Origin: an uncultured Lachnospiraceae bacterium
GTDB lineage: Bacteria; Bacillota; Clostridia; Christensenellales; UBA1242
Length of the DNA stretch: 64,000 nt
NCBI GenBank assembly: GCA_964405555.1
Contig: CAYOOB010000004.1
Location: forward strand, 10,165-74,164
Reading direction: 5' to 3'
This document shows positions 18,956 to 29,827 of this stretch, in pieces. Position numbers and translations under genes: made by a program. Below the pieces are notes generated by a model. That model had not been told where the DNA came from. It was given only the letters and a program-made list of their open reading frames with translations, and did no database searches. Positions within the stretch are counted from its first letter, which is position 1. Each line of letters opens with the position of its first letter.

Positions 18956-19290
18956 AGTGAATGTGATACATATTTCATACATAATTATTACATATTGTAT
19001 ACATTCGTTGTATAATAATGTTTGATGTTTGGTTGATATGGTCATTATATTATGAAATTTGGATATTGTTTAGATTTTGTTTTTTATCAGGAGCTAAATT
19101 TTGTGTTATAGTTAAAGTTTTTTGTATTTAATTCTCTGTTTAATTCTTTGTTTAATCTTTTTTAAGTTTTAGTTGAAGTTCTAGTTGAATTTAGTTGATA
19201 AAATTATCTTATTTAAGGTTAAAGGTTATTAAAACAAAAAATATTTAACTTTCTAAAATCTAAATTCTATAATATAAATAGGAGAAAAAT

Positions 19291-20364
19291 TTGGATACAA
19301 GAGATAGATTTGTGGTTTTGATGTCTATGTGTGAGATTGCAAACAAGAAGCAAGAAATGTTGCTTGAAAGTTTGGATGATTTTTCTTTTGACAGCATAAT
19401 CAATTCATCTGTCACGCAAAAGATTTTGTCCAAAGAAGAAATTAGAAAATTGCTGGATACTTACGATGCAAGAACTCTCGACTCTATCATAAGCAATATG
19501 CAAGCAAAAGGTATCCAAATTCTGACGGTTTTTTCGTCATTATATCCAAAAAGTTTAATTGATTTGCCAGACCGTCCTTTAATTTTGTATGCTAAGGGTG
19601 ATTTATCTCTTCTAAACGAAAAATGCGTTGCTATTGTTGGAACTCGTATGCCAACAAATTACGGCAAAATTGTCACTGAAAAGTTTGCAAAAAGACTTGC
19701 TGAAAGCGGTTTTGTGATTGTGAGCGGACTTTGTTATGGTGTTGATTCAATTGCTCACAAGAGCACTTTGGAAGTTGGTGGGAAAACCATTGCAATTATC
19801 GGCAGTGGATTTAATCACATCTATCCTTCAACAAATAATCAACTTGCAGAAGAAATTGCACAAAAGGGATTGATTTTATCCGAATATCCGCCGTCCTTCG
19901 TTGCGAAAAAATACACTTTTCCAAAAAGAAATCGAATTGTTGCAGGTGTGTCTGATGGTGTGCTTATCACAGAGGCAGGTATAAAAAGTGGCACTGTTCA
20001 CACCAAGGAGTTCGCTCTTTTATACAGCAAGGATGTTTTTGCTGTTCCTGGCAACATCACCAACAACAAAAGCGAACTGCCAAATCATATTATAAAAACC
20101 GCACAGGCAGAGTGTGTAGCTTCGCCAGAAGACATCATTGAATTTTATGGAATGAAGCCAAAAGTAAAAGAAAAACAGGTGTTAAGCCTCAATTTTGACG
20201 AACAAGAAATTATCAAAATTTTGGAAAAAGGAGAGCAGAGTTTTCAATTTTTGGCGGAAAAAACAAAAATTCCTATAAATATTTTGAATAGTTGTTTGAC
20301 AACTTTGGAAATTCGTGGTTTAATAAGAAAGTTGCCAGCACAAATGTATGCACTCACAAGTTAG
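19291..20364 (+). CDS. dprA: DNA processing protein DprA (Smf)
   Basis: Rossmann core VAIVGTR..YG....LA..L...G..IVSGLA.G.D is present. TTG start after an AGGAG SD. Confidence 0.9.
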   Translation: MDTRDRFVVLMSMCEIANKKQEMLLESLDDFSFDSIINSSVTQKILSKEEIRKLLDTYDARTLDSIISNMQAKGIQILTVFSSLYPKSLIDLPDRPLILYAKGDLSLLNEKCVAIVGTRMPTNYGKIVTEKFAKRLAESGFVIVSGLCYGVDSIAHKSTLEVGGKTIAIIGSGFNHIYPSTNNQLAEEIAQKGLILSEYPPSFVAKKYTFPKRNRIVAGVSDGVLITEAGIKSGTVHTKEFALLYSKDVFAVPGNITNNKSELPNHIIKTAQAECVASPEDIIEFYGMKPKVKEKQVLSLNFDEQEIIKILEKGEQSFQFLAEKTKIPINILNSCLTTLEIRGLIRKLPAQMYALTS

Positions 20365-20479
20365 GTGACACTTAATTAAAATTTGGTCTAAGATTTATTT
20401 GATGTAACATTTAATGAAAGACCTACTAAAAAACACAAAGATTTAAAACTAAAATTAAATAGAAAAGGAGTTTTTTGAT

Positions 20480-22591
20480 TTGAAACTTGTTGTTATCGAA
20501 GCGCCAGCAAAGCGAGATACTTTAAAGAAGTATTTAGGAAACGGATATGAGGTTTTTGCCACAAAAGGTCACATAAGAGATTTACCTACAAAATCTTTTG
20601 CAATTGATTTAAGCACTTTTGAACCTCACTATGAGAACAATCCAGATAAAGAAGAACTTATTTCAGATTTGAAAAAGAAGGCTGAAAATGCAGATGAAGT
20701 TCTGATTGCAACCGACCCGGATAGAGAAGGTGAGGCAATCTCTTGGCACGTTGCTCATGTTTTAGGGCTTGACCCAAACACAAAATGCCGTATTCAGTTT
20801 AACGAAATTTCAAAGAAAGCGGTATTAAAAGCACTAACAGAACCAAGAACAATCAATTTGAACCTTGTGAATGCTCAACAGGCTCGCAGAGTTATGGACA
20901 GAATTGTTGGTTATAAACTTTCACCTATTTTATCCAAAAAAATCGCACCAAAACTCTCTGCTGGCAGGGTGCAATCGGTGGCACTCAAACTTGTTGTGGA
21001 AAGAGAGCGGGAAATTGAAAACTTCAAACCAGAAGAATATTGGAATGTGACAGCTTTCCACGAAAAGGATAAAATCAAGTTTAAATCAACACTCACAAGC
21101 CACAAAGGTAAAAAGATTAAACTCTCCAACAAAGAGGAGGTTGATGTTGCTCTTGAACATATTAAAAATTCAAATTTTGTGGTGGAAAGCATTAAGAGAA
21201 CAAAGACCAAATCGCACGCACCAGCACCATTCACCACCAGTACCATGCAACAAGATGCTTTAAACAAACTTGGTATGAGTCTTAAACGCACAACATCTTC
21301 TGCACAAGAATTATATGAGGGTGTGAATGTGAAAGGTGAAGGTAAGATTGCTCTTATCACATATATAAGAACAGACTCCACACGTGTGTCCACTGATGCA
21401 CAAGATGCTTGCCGAGAGTTTATTGCAGAAAAATACGGCAAGGATTATGTTCCAAAAGAACCAAACATCTATACCAGCAAGAAAAACGCACAGGATGCTC
21501 ACGAGGCTATTCGTCCAATTTCCTTACAAATCACGCCAGAAATGGTGAAAGATTCGTTGAGTAAGGATAATTACAGGCTTTACAAATTAATTTACGAGCG
21601 TTTTGTTGCCAGTCAAATGAGTGAGGCATTATATTCAAACGTGAATGTTTCCATAGACGCTGGCGAATACACTTTCAAAGCAGTTGGTAAGACTCTTGAT
21701 TTTGCGGGTTTTACTGCAGTATATAAGGAATATGTCGATGACGACAAAGATGATAAGGACAACAAGGATAACAAAGATAAAGATAAAAAAGATAAAGAGA
21801 TATCCAAACTTCCTCAACTTGATGAAGGAGAAAATTTAAAGGTTGAAGAAATAAAGTCCGAACAGAAATTTACCAAACCACCAGCAAGATACACAGAAGC
21901 AAGTCTTGTTAAAGCCATGGAAGAAAAAGGGATTGGCAGACCGGCAACCTATGCTGCCACAATCACCATTTTAACAGCACGAAATTACTGTACAAAAGAC
22001 GGCAAGTTCCTTGTTCCAACTGAACTTGGCAAGAAGATGACTGCATATTTGGAAAAATTTTTCAACAGTGTTATAAATGTAAAATTCACCGCTTACATGG
22101 AAAATCGTTTAGACGATATTGCTGAAAACAAAGATGAGTGGCATAGTGTGGTTGAAAGTTTTTGGAGTGGTTTTAAAGGTCTTTTGGAAAATGCTGATTC
22201 AAGCAGTGTAACAATGAAAGCAGAACCAATTGAAACGGATATTGTCTGCGAAAAATGTGGACATAAAATGCTTATCCGTGAGGGGCGATATGGCAAATTT
22301 TTGGGATGTTCAAATTTTCCAAAGTGTAGAAATGTTAAACCACTTGAAAACAATGAGAAAAAACCTGTTGCGGAATGTCCTGAATGTCATAAAAACGTAT
22401 ATGCTTGCAGGACAAAAAAGGGTAAAACATTCTATGCTTGTGAGGACCGTGAGGGTTGTCATTTCATGAGTTGGGATATACCACTTGAAAAAAAATGCCC
22501 AAATTGCAACTCTTATCTCGTCAAGAAAGAAAATCAAATTAAGTGTTCATCTCCATCGTGTGATTATAGTGTGGAAGTGGAAAACCAATAA
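20480..22591 (+). CDS. topA: DNA topoisomerase I
   Basis: Toprim N-terminus (LVVIEAPAK), catalytic core, and 3-4 C-terminal Cys4 zinc ribbons. It contains a D/K-rich low-complexity insert. Confidence 0.95.
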   Translation: MKLVVIEAPAKRDTLKKYLGNGYEVFATKGHIRDLPTKSFAIDLSTFEPHYENNPDKEELISDLKKKAENADEVLIATDPDREGEAISWHVAHVLGLDPNTKCRIQFNEISKKAVLKALTEPRTINLNLVNAQQARRVMDRIVGYKLSPILSKKIAPKLSAGRVQSVALKLVVEREREIENFKPEEYWNVTAFHEKDKIKFKSTLTSHKGKKIKLSNKEEVDVALEHIKNSNFVVESIKRTKTKSHAPAPFTTSTMQQDALNKLGMSLKRTTSSAQELYEGVNVKGEGKIALITYIRTDSTRVSTDAQDACREFIAEKYGKDYVPKEPNIYTSKKNAQDAHEAIRPISLQITPEMVKDSLSKDNYRLYKLIYERFVASQMSEALYSNVNVSIDAGEYTFKAVGKTLDFAGFTAVYKEYVDDDKDDKDNKDNKDKDKKDKEISKLPQLDEGENLKVEEIKSEQKFTKPPARYTEASLVKAMEEKGIGRPATYAATITILTARNYCTKDGKFLVPTELGKKMTAYLEKFFNSVINVKFTAYMENRLDDIAENKDEWHSVVESFWSGFKGLLENADSSSVTMKAEPIETDIVCEKCGHKMLIREGRYGKFLGCSNFPKCRNVKPLENNEKKPVAECPECHKNVYACRTKKGKTFYACEDREGCHFMSWDIPLEKKCPNCNSYLVKKENQIKCSSPSCDYSVEVENQ

Positions 22592-22915
22592 AATAAATTT
22601 TCAAGATAAATTCAATTTAGTGATAGTTTCAATTTAGTTGGATAATTTTAAAATAAAATCTATAAATAATTCAAATTGGTAAAGTTAAAATTAGGCAAGT
22701 TGAAACAAATTGAAGTAAATTGAAATTAAAGTCAAAAACTTATTTGGATGATAAAATAATCAAGAAGATTAATTGACAAAGTCAATAATTAAAAGTAAAA
22801 TACAAGTAAAATTATAGGTAAAATTATAAGTAAATATTAATTATTGATAAATAATATTTACTGAAAGCGACTTATAATTTAAAGAAGTGATTTAATAGGT
22901 GGAAAAAGATAATTA

Positions 22916-24175
22916 ATGATTCAAAATATTGCACCAAAATTTTCAAAGAAACCAATCAAGATAATTGGGTGTGGGTTGGCAGGAGCAGAAGTTGCTCTCA
23001 TTCTTGCTAACAATGGTTTTGATGTTCATATTTTTGATAATGAAGAAAATCAGCCAAATCACAAGTTTTACTATTACGACCAATTTGAAAATTTCATGTT
23101 GGAAAACATGAGTTATGAGTTAGACTGCTTGAACAGTCCACTCTTTTTCATTGCCAAAAAGTTAGGATTGGAGAATTTTTGGCATGAATACTCTAAGGAT
23201 TTTATGTTTTCTGTTCGGCGAGAATTGGAGTTAAATAATAAAATCAAAATATTTAAAGCAGATATTAACAGTTTGAACAGTTCGGAAACACAGGTGATTG
23301 CCACAGGTCACAAAACAACAAAACCACTGCTTGACGAATTGAAAAATTATATAGGAAAAATGCACACACGTTTTTATAATCCAACTAAAATGGTGATTGA
23401 TGCATCAAGTGTAAATTTTGATGAACTGAATTTTATCAGCAAATTTGATTGTTTTGCTAATTTATCAAAAGAAGATTACCAAAACTTATGCCAAAAGGTA
23501 AGCGAGTTTGACGAAAAATATGACAAATCAGAAAATATTTTCAATGAGCGTCAAATTACTATTGAAGGAATGGTTAGATACTCAGTGGAGAGTTTACGAA
23601 ATTCAACTCTGCGACCATATTTTAATAAAAAATCAAAGTGTTATGCAAGCCTAAAATTAAACTTTAATCCATATCTTAATATTTTGTTTGTTGAGAATTT
23701 TTTCTCAGCAATGGACGAAGAAGAACAAACAAAAATTATAAAAACAATACCTGCTCTTAGAAATGCCAATGTTTTGAGGTGTAGTTCTGTGAACAGAAAA
23801 ACATATCTTTTAGCACCAGCGTGTATTAATAAAAATATGCAAATTGCGGATAACATTTTTGTATGCGGAGGGTTTGCTGGCACATCTGGAAGTTTTGAAA
23901 GTTTGCTTATGGCAAATCTTTGTGCATATAGCATAATTTGTGATAAAATTGGAAATTCTGCAGTGGAACTCCTACACGAAAACACTTGCATTGGAAAAAT
24001 AATTGATGGTTTGTTAAAAAAAAGTGTGATAAATTTTAGGTTATTTAATTTGAAATATGATATAATGGAAGAGGTTGATTTAGAAAAATTCAATCGAGAA
24101 ACACAAATTCAAAAGATTTTATCAAAATCTCAAATCGAAAAATTTAAGGAGAAGTTATATGGAAAATATTTTTAG
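22916..24175 (+). CDS. Highly divergent TrmFO (Gid)-like FAD protein
   Basis: N-terminal [12 protein letters not shown] dinucleotide-binding motif, a C-terminal [16 protein letters not shown] motif (compare FAGQ.TGVEGYVES), and the syntenic position between topA and hslV. Confidence 0.5.
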   Translation: MIQNIAPKFSKKPIKIIGCGLAGAEVALILANNGFDVHIFDNEENQPNHKFYYYDQFENFMLENMSYELDCLNSPLFFIAKKLGLENFWHEYSKDFMFSVRRELELNNKIKIFKADINSLNSSETQVIATGHKTTKPLLDELKNYIGKMHTRFYNPTKMVIDASSVNFDELNFISKFDCFANLSKEDYQNLCQKVSEFDEKYDKSENIFNERQITIEGMVRYSVESLRNSTLRPYFNKKSKCYASLKLNFNPYLNILFVENFFSAMDEEEQTKIIKTIPALRNANVLRCSSVNRKTYLLAPACINKNMQIADNIFVCGGFAGTSGSFESLLMANLCAYSIICDKIGNSAVELLHENTCIGKIIDGLLKKSVINFRLFNLKYDIMEEVDLEKFNRETQIQKILSKSQIEKFKEKLYGKYF

Positions 24176-24698
24176 AGGCACCACCATTTGTGCAGTAAAA
24201 AAAGATGGTAAAATTGCTGTTGCTGGTGACGGTCAGGTTACAATGTCAAACAGCATCATTTTTAAGAATAACGCAAGAAAAGTTAGAAGAATTTATCATA
24301 ACAGTGTTGTGATTGGTTTTGCAGGCTCGGTGGCTGATGCTTTTTCGCTATGCGAAAGGTTTGAAAGTATGTTAAATAAGTTTTCAGGGAACTTGATGCG
24401 TAGTGCCGTGGCACTGGCTCAAACTTGGAGGGAAGACCAAGTGCATAGACAACTTGACGCAATGATGATTGTTGCGGATAAAAATCAAATTTTAATCTTG
24501 GACGGTGCAGGGAACGTTATTGAACCACAAGATGGAATTTGTGCCATCGGTTCCGGTGGAAATTATGCACTTGCGGCTGCAAGAGCTCTTATTCAAAACA
24601 CCAAATTCACGGCTGAAGAGGTTGCATACAAATCACTTAAAATTGCCAGCGAAATTTGCGTGTTCACAAATGAAAATATTATAGTTGAAAAGCTATAA
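24159..24698 (+). CDS. hslV: ATP-dependent protease subunit HslV (ClpQ)
   Basis: [12 protein letters not shown]-terminal threonine protease motif. It overlaps the preceding gene by 17 nt. Confidence 0.9.
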   Translation: MENIFRGTTICAVKKDGKIAVAGDGQVTMSNSIIFKNNARKVRRIYHNSVVIGFAGSVADAFSLCERFESMLNKFSGNLMRSAVALAQTWREDQVHRQLDAMMIVADKNQILILDGAGNVIEPQDGICAIGSGGNYALAAARALIQNTKFTAEEVAYKSLKIASEICVFTNENIIVEKL

Positions 24699-24838
24699 AT
24701 TGAAAACTATAATTTAATGATAAGAAATTTATTAGGTTTTAGAATTAAAATTTATTAAAAAAACTTGTTGAAAATTAATCTAATAAAACTAGTTTAATGA
24801 AAAATAAGAGTAAAGAATATTATGGAGGTTAAATTTAT

Positions 24839-26134
24839 ATGAATTACACACCAAAACAAATTGTTAAAGAATTGGATAAATACATTGTGGGGCAAGCCAA
24901 TGCAAAAAGAGCGGTTGCTGTTGCGTTGCGAAATAGATATCGCAGAAGTAAACTACCTATTGAAGTTCGTGATGAAATCACTCCGAAAAACATTGTTATG
25001 AGTGGTCCAACAGGAGTTGGTAAAACAGAAATCGCAAGACGTCTTGCAAAACTTGTAGGTTCGCCATTTGTGAAAGTGGAAGCAACCAAATACACCGAAG
25101 TTGGCTATGTTGGTAGAGATGTTGAAAGTATGGTTCGTGACCTTGTGGAAGTGGCTGTCAGAATGATTAAAGATAAAAAGAAGAAAGAAGTTGAAGACAA
25201 AGTTATGCCAATTGTTGAAAATAAACTTGTGGATGCTCTCTTCCAAAATCGTAGAGTAACAATGATGGAAGTGAACAGAGATTCTTTATTTGAAGAGTTA
25301 CACTCTGGCAAATGTGAAGATGAAACCATTGAGGTTGTTGTGTTGGAAACTCCAAAACCAATGATGGCTTTAGGTGGAAATGAAATATCCTTAGGTTCTA
25401 TGCTTGAAGGACTCGCACCACAAAGACACAAAAAGAAAAAAATGACTGTAAGGCACGCAAGAGAGGTTCTTTTACAAGAAGAAAGCGATAAAATTATTGA
25501 TATGGACAATGTCAATGAAGAGGCAATCACACTTGCTGAAGAGCAGGGTATTATATTTATTGACGAAATTGATAAGATTATTGGGAAAAGCCAAGCAAGC
25601 AACACAGCAGATGTTTCAAGAGAAGGTGTTCAAAGAGATATTTTGCCAATAGTTGAGGGAAGCACAATTCCAACAAAGTATGGTAATGTTAAAACAGATT
25701 TCATTCTATTTATTGCAGCAGGGGCTTTCCATGTTTCAAAGATTGAGGATATGATTCCAGAACTTCAAGGAAGATTTCCAATTCGTGTGGAACTTGAAAG
25801 TTTAACAAAGAATGATTTTAAAAAGATTTTAACAACTCCAAAAAATGCTGTAACGGTTCAATATGCCAATATGCTTAAAGTTGACAATATCAATTTGGTC
25901 TTTAAAGAAGATGCACTTGATGAAATTGCAGAAATGGCTGAAAGAGAAAACGAAACAAGTGAAGACTTAGGGGCAAGAAGACTTCACACCATAATGGAAA
26001 CAGTTTTGGAGGATGTGTCATTCAACGCAACAGGGGAACATCCAATGCTTGATGTTGTTATTGATAAAAAGTATGTACAAAATGTATTCAAAGATAAACA
26101 ACAGCAATTTGATTTGAAAAAGTTTGTTTTATAA
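24839..26134 (+). CDS. hslU: ATP-dependent protease ATPase subunit HslU (ClpY)
   Basis: TPKQIV.ELD.YIVGQ..AKRAVA, Walker A GPTGVGKTEIAR and GIIFIDEIDK. Confidence 0.95.
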   Translation: MNYTPKQIVKELDKYIVGQANAKRAVAVALRNRYRRSKLPIEVRDEITPKNIVMSGPTGVGKTEIARRLAKLVGSPFVKVEATKYTEVGYVGRDVESMVRDLVEVAVRMIKDKKKKEVEDKVMPIVENKLVDALFQNRRVTMMEVNRDSLFEELHSGKCEDETIEVVVLETPKPMMALGGNEISLGSMLEGLAPQRHKKKKMTVRHAREVLLQEESDKIIDMDNVNEEAITLAEEQGIIFIDEIDKIIGKSQASNTADVSREGVQRDILPIVEGSTIPTKYGNVKTDFILFIAAGAFHVSKIEDMIPELQGRFPIRVELESLTKNDFKKILTTPKNAVTVQYANMLKVDNINLVFKEDALDEIAEMAERENETSEDLGARRLHTIMETVLEDVSFNATGEHPMLDVVIDKKYVQNVFKDKQQQFDLKKFVL

Positions 26135-26294
26135 TTTTAATTTTAGCAAATGTTATAATGTTAAGTTAAAACTTTAAAATTAAATCAAATCTTAAAAATA
26201 GTTTAAAATCTAAAAAGTATTGAAGATTGAAAGTATGATTGTGGCGAAATTTTTTGAATGGTGTACTTTTGGTTTAATATAGGAGCTTAAAAAC

Positions 26295-26546
26295 ATGAAA
26301 ATCAATAATATGTGTGCGTTAGCTGCTAAGTTACTAAAATTAGACATTAAAGAAATAGAAAATAATAGCACCTACGACAAAAGTATAGAAGCACTATACG
26401 TTTCTGTTCCTATCAAAGGCGGTGCTTCATTGCTTGTTGGGAAAGATGGCACAGTTTTATATGCCGATTCATCTATTTCATATAGTGATCATATTAAAGA
26501 ATTTAGTGCAGGGAAAAGAACTCCCTTGGAGGACTTTTTGGATTGA
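26295..26546 (+). CDS. Small hypothetical protein (83 aa)
   Basis: The ORF has an AGGAG SD. I do not recognise the family. Confidence 0.45.
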   Translation: MKINNMCALAAKLLKLDIKEIENNSTYDKSIEALYVSVPIKGGASLLVGKDGTVLYADSSISYSDHIKEFSAGKRTPLEDFLD

Positions 26547-26787
26547 TTTAGTAGGGGTTAATGATTGTGAATGTATACAATACATCATTTGGTTCAATAC
26601 CTATTATTATTGCGAGTGAATTTATACAGTCGAAGGTCTTCTGGTAATATTAGTATATTTATGAATGCCGTAAATTTACTTCTATTGTTTCTATTATTAA
26701 TTTCTATATTGTTTCCAATTGTTACAGAAATAAATCTAAAATAAGACTTTTGAAAGGTGGTAACAAATAAATATAGGGGTGATCTAG

Positions 26788-26846
26788 ATTGTGGTAATTA
26801 TTGCATAATACACTATATATTGTGGTATTATGCATTGCATACCACC
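26788..26846. repeat. Palindromic spacer element, copy A
   Basis: TTGCATAATACACTATATATTGTGGTATTATGCA (26801-26834), flanked by half arms ATTGTGGTAATTA and TTGCATACCACC. Confidence 0.85.
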
Positions 26847-27118
26847 AAAATACATCATTATAACATATAATATAAAACAAGTTTTTTTTCAAAAATCTTA
26901 AAGCTACAACAAACAAATACATTCAAGCAAATTATTTAAGATTGTTAGTTAAAATAAAAACAAACAAAAAAAATAATCGATGAAAATTGAAAGATCAAAA
27001 TAGAAAGATGAAAAAAGATGAAAATAGAAATAGTAAAGAGATAAATAAGAAGTATGAAAAAAATCAACTTATCAAAATTTAATTTAAATTCTTAAACAAA
27101 AGGAAAAAGGGAAAATTT

Positions 27119-27808
27119 GTGTGGACAGATAGAACAGAAATTTTAGTTGGAAAAAGTGGCATTGAAAAACTAAAAAACTCACATATTATAATTGTTGGCA
27201 TTGGTGGTGTTGGCGGTTTTGTGTGTGAGTTGCTTGCTCGTGCTGGAATTGGCGAACTTACCATTATAGATTTTGATGTTGTTGATGAAACAAACATTAA
27301 TAGACAAGTTGTGGCAAATGCGGACACAGTTGGTAAATTAAAAGTTGAGGTTATGTCTGAAATCATAAAAAAAATTAATCCAAATTGTAAAGTGAATGCC
27401 ATCAGCGAACGATTTTGCAAAGAAAACTTACAAAACTTCAATAAATTGTTTAATTCTCAGAATTGTTCTTATGTGGTGGATGCCATTGATGATGTCAGAG
27501 GGAAAGTCGAACTGATTTGTTTGTGTAAAAACAAGAATATTCCAATTGTTTCAGCAATGGGTGCTGGCAATAGGGTTGAAATTCCGCAGTTTAAAGTTAT
27601 GGATATATACCAAACAACAAACGATGGCTTAGCAAAAGTTATGCGTAGGAATTTAAGACAAAGAAATATCGACCACTTGGATGTTGTCACTTCTCAACAA
27701 ATTCCATTAAAAACTGAAAATACAACAGTGGGCAGTATTTCGTATTTTCCTGCAATGTGTGGATGTGTTTTATCTGGATATATTGTTCAACAAATTTTAT
27801 CTAAATAA
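27119..27808 (+). CDS. tcdA: ThiF/HesA-family protein, tRNA threonylcarbamoyladenosine dehydratase (TcdA)-like
   Basis: IIIVGIGGVGGFVCELLARAGIGELTIIDFDVVDETNINRQ nucleotide-binding motif, and a size of about 230 aa. Confidence 0.7.
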   Translation: MWTDRTEILVGKSGIEKLKNSHIIIVGIGGVGGFVCELLARAGIGELTIIDFDVVDETNINRQVVANADTVGKLKVEVMSEIIKKINPNCKVNAISERFCKENLQNFNKLFNSQNCSYVVDAIDDVRGKVELICLCKNKNIPIVSAMGAGNRVEIPQFKVMDIYQTTNDGLAKVMRRNLRQRNIDHLDVVTSQQIPLKTENTTVGSISYFPAMCGCVLSGYIVQQILSK

Positions 27809-27927
27809 AACAAAATAAATGAAAATTGTCACAAAAAAAATAGTTTTTTTACAAAATTGTAAATAATATTATCATATTATAAAACAATGTAAAAATCGCT
27901 TTAAGTTAAGAAAAAAAATCAAAACAA

Positions 27928-27956
27928 TTGTAATTTATACTAATAAGTGTTACAAT
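27928..27956 (+). promoter_or_regulatory. Sigma-A promoter of trxA
   Basis: TTGTAA, a 17 nt spacer, then TGtTACAAT. Confidence 0.55.
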
Positions 27957-27997
27957 AATTATGACAATTTATATTTGAAAAGGAGAAAGATTAATTA

Positions 27998-28306
27998 ATG
28001 GAAATTATAAACGAACAAGAGTTTAAAGAAAAAACAAAAAAAGGAGTCGTTTTGATTGATTTTTTTGCTACATGGTGCGGACCTTGTCGTATGATGAATC
28101 CTATTTTAGAAGATGTTCAAACGGAACTTGGTGATAAAGTGCAAATTTATAAGGTTGATGTCGACCATGAAGAAAAACTTGCTAAAAATCATGGAATTAT
28201 GAGTATTCCAACACTCATTTTATTCGTCGACGGACAGCAAAAAGAAAAACATATCGGGCTTTGGATGAAAGAGGATTTACTCGCAACAATAAAAAATTAC
28301 ATTTAA
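27998..28306 (+). CDS. trxA: Thioredoxin
   Basis: WCGPC active site; 102 aa. Confidence 0.95.
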   Translation: MEIINEQEFKEKTKKGVVLIDFFATWCGPCRMMNPILEDVQTELGDKVQIYKVDVDHEEKLAKNHGIMSIPTLILFVDGQQKEKHIGLWMKEDLLATIKNYI

Positions 28307-28540
28307 GTTGCCATATAATTATTATTTAATGTTTGCATTCATTCAAACATTCACTAAACCAATCATTCAACTCATCACAACTTACAACTTTTAAATATAA
28401 AGAGTGCTTTTGGTGTGCTTCTACATGGGGTGCTTCTACATTTTGATTGCTTTTATATGAATATTTACGAAATTAACTCTAAATTTTAACATTTAATTTA
28501 AAGATGTAATAAAATTTATTTATAAAAACAAATTTAACTA

Positions 28541-28569
28541 TTGACAATCATGATTTTTAGTGATAAAAT
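28541..28569 (+). promoter_or_regulatory. Sigma-A promoter of the iscS-iscU pair
   Basis: TTGACA, a 17 nt spacer, then TGaTAAAAT. Confidence 0.65.
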
Positions 28570-28648
28570 TGTCTTGAATATACCAATTTGCTGAAACTGT
28601 TAAAAAGTTCTATTTTCACAGCAAATTGTTAAAAGGGTTTTGAGATCT

Positions 28649-29824
28649 ATGGAAAGAAGAATTTATTTAGACAATGCTTCCACAACTTATGTTTCTAACG
28701 AAGTTCTTAATGAAATGTTGCCATGTTTCAACTCGATATATGGTAATGCTGGTTCGTTGCATAGTTATGGAAGAGATGCAATGGCAATCGTTGATCATGC
28801 TCGTGACAGAATCAAAGAAGCTATAAATGCACAAAAAGCCAATGAAATTTATTTCACAAGTGGCGGAACAGAAGCAGACAACTGGGCAATTATTGGAGTT
28901 GCTCACGCAAATGCAAACAGAGGAAAACACATAATCACAAGCCAAATTGAACATCATGCTGTACTTAATGCGTGTGCTCAACTTGAAAAGGAAGGTTTTG
29001 AAATTACCTATTTACCTGTGGACAGCACAGGGCTCGTTAAATTGCCAGAACTTCTTCATTCAATTAGAAAAGACACAATTTTAATTTCTATTATGGCTGT
29101 GAATAATGAAGTTGGAACTATTCAAAATGTTAAAGCAATTGCAAAAATTGCTCATGATTACGGAATTTTGTTCCATACAGATGCAGTGCAAGCAATCGGA
29201 AACATTGCAATTGATGTTCAGGACATGGAAATCGATTTACTTTCAATATCTGCACATAAAATTCATGGTCCAAAAGGTGTTGGTGCACTTTACGTGAAGA
29301 ATGGTGTTAGAATTGAACAAATCACTTATGGTGGCGAGAGTCAAGAACGAGGAAAAAGAGCAGGAACAGAGAATGTGCCAGCAATTGCTGGTTTTGGAAA
29401 GGCAATTGAATTAGCTTGCAAAAATCATATTATTGACAATAAAAAAATTAGAGCAATTAGAGAATATTTCCTTGATAAACTGAACGAAAAAGTTGAGTAT
29501 TTCCAAATTAATGGACATCCATATCAAAAGTCTAATGCTATTTTAAACATTTCGTTCTATGGTATTGAAGGAGAATCAATTTTAATGTTGTTAGATTTGG
29601 CTGGAATTGCCGTTTCGACATCTTCAGCGTGCACATCAAAATCATTGCTTCCTTCTCATGTTCTTAAAGCAATGGGCATTTCAGATGAGATTGCACAAGG
29701 TTCAATAAGATTTTCATTTGGAACAAACATTTCAAAGTCTGATGTAGATTATGTTGTTGACGAAGTTGCAAAAGCAGTTGCTAAACTTCGAGCAATTTCA
29801 CCAATTCAAGCAGGGAGGTTGTGA
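28649..29824 (+). CDS. iscS: Cysteine desulfurase (NifS/IscS type)
   Basis: YLDNASTT N-terminus, PLP-lysine motif SAHKIHGPKG, and SSACTS. I prefer the ATG at 28649. Confidence 0.9.
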   Translation: MERRIYLDNASTTYVSNEVLNEMLPCFNSIYGNAGSLHSYGRDAMAIVDHARDRIKEAINAQKANEIYFTSGGTEADNWAIIGVAHANANRGKHIITSQIEHHAVLNACAQLEKEGFEITYLPVDSTGLVKLPELLHSIRKDTILISIMAVNNEVGTIQNVKAIAKIAHDYGILFHTDAVQAIGNIAIDVQDMEIDLLSISAHKIHGPKGVGALYVKNGVRIEQITYGGESQERGKRAGTENVPAIAGFGKAIELACKNHIIDNKKIRAIREYFLDKLNEKVEYFQINGHPYQKSNAILNISFYGIEGESILMLLDLAGIAVSTSSACTSKSLLPSHVLKAMGISDEIAQGSIRFSFGTNISKSDVDYVVDEVAKAVAKLRAISPIQAGRL

Positions 29825-29827
29825 TTT

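Noticed and set aside
26722-26922. A 66 aa ORF on the - strand
   Set aside because: It spans the palindromic element (copy A), has no SD and has a low-complexity composition. It is most likely non-coding.
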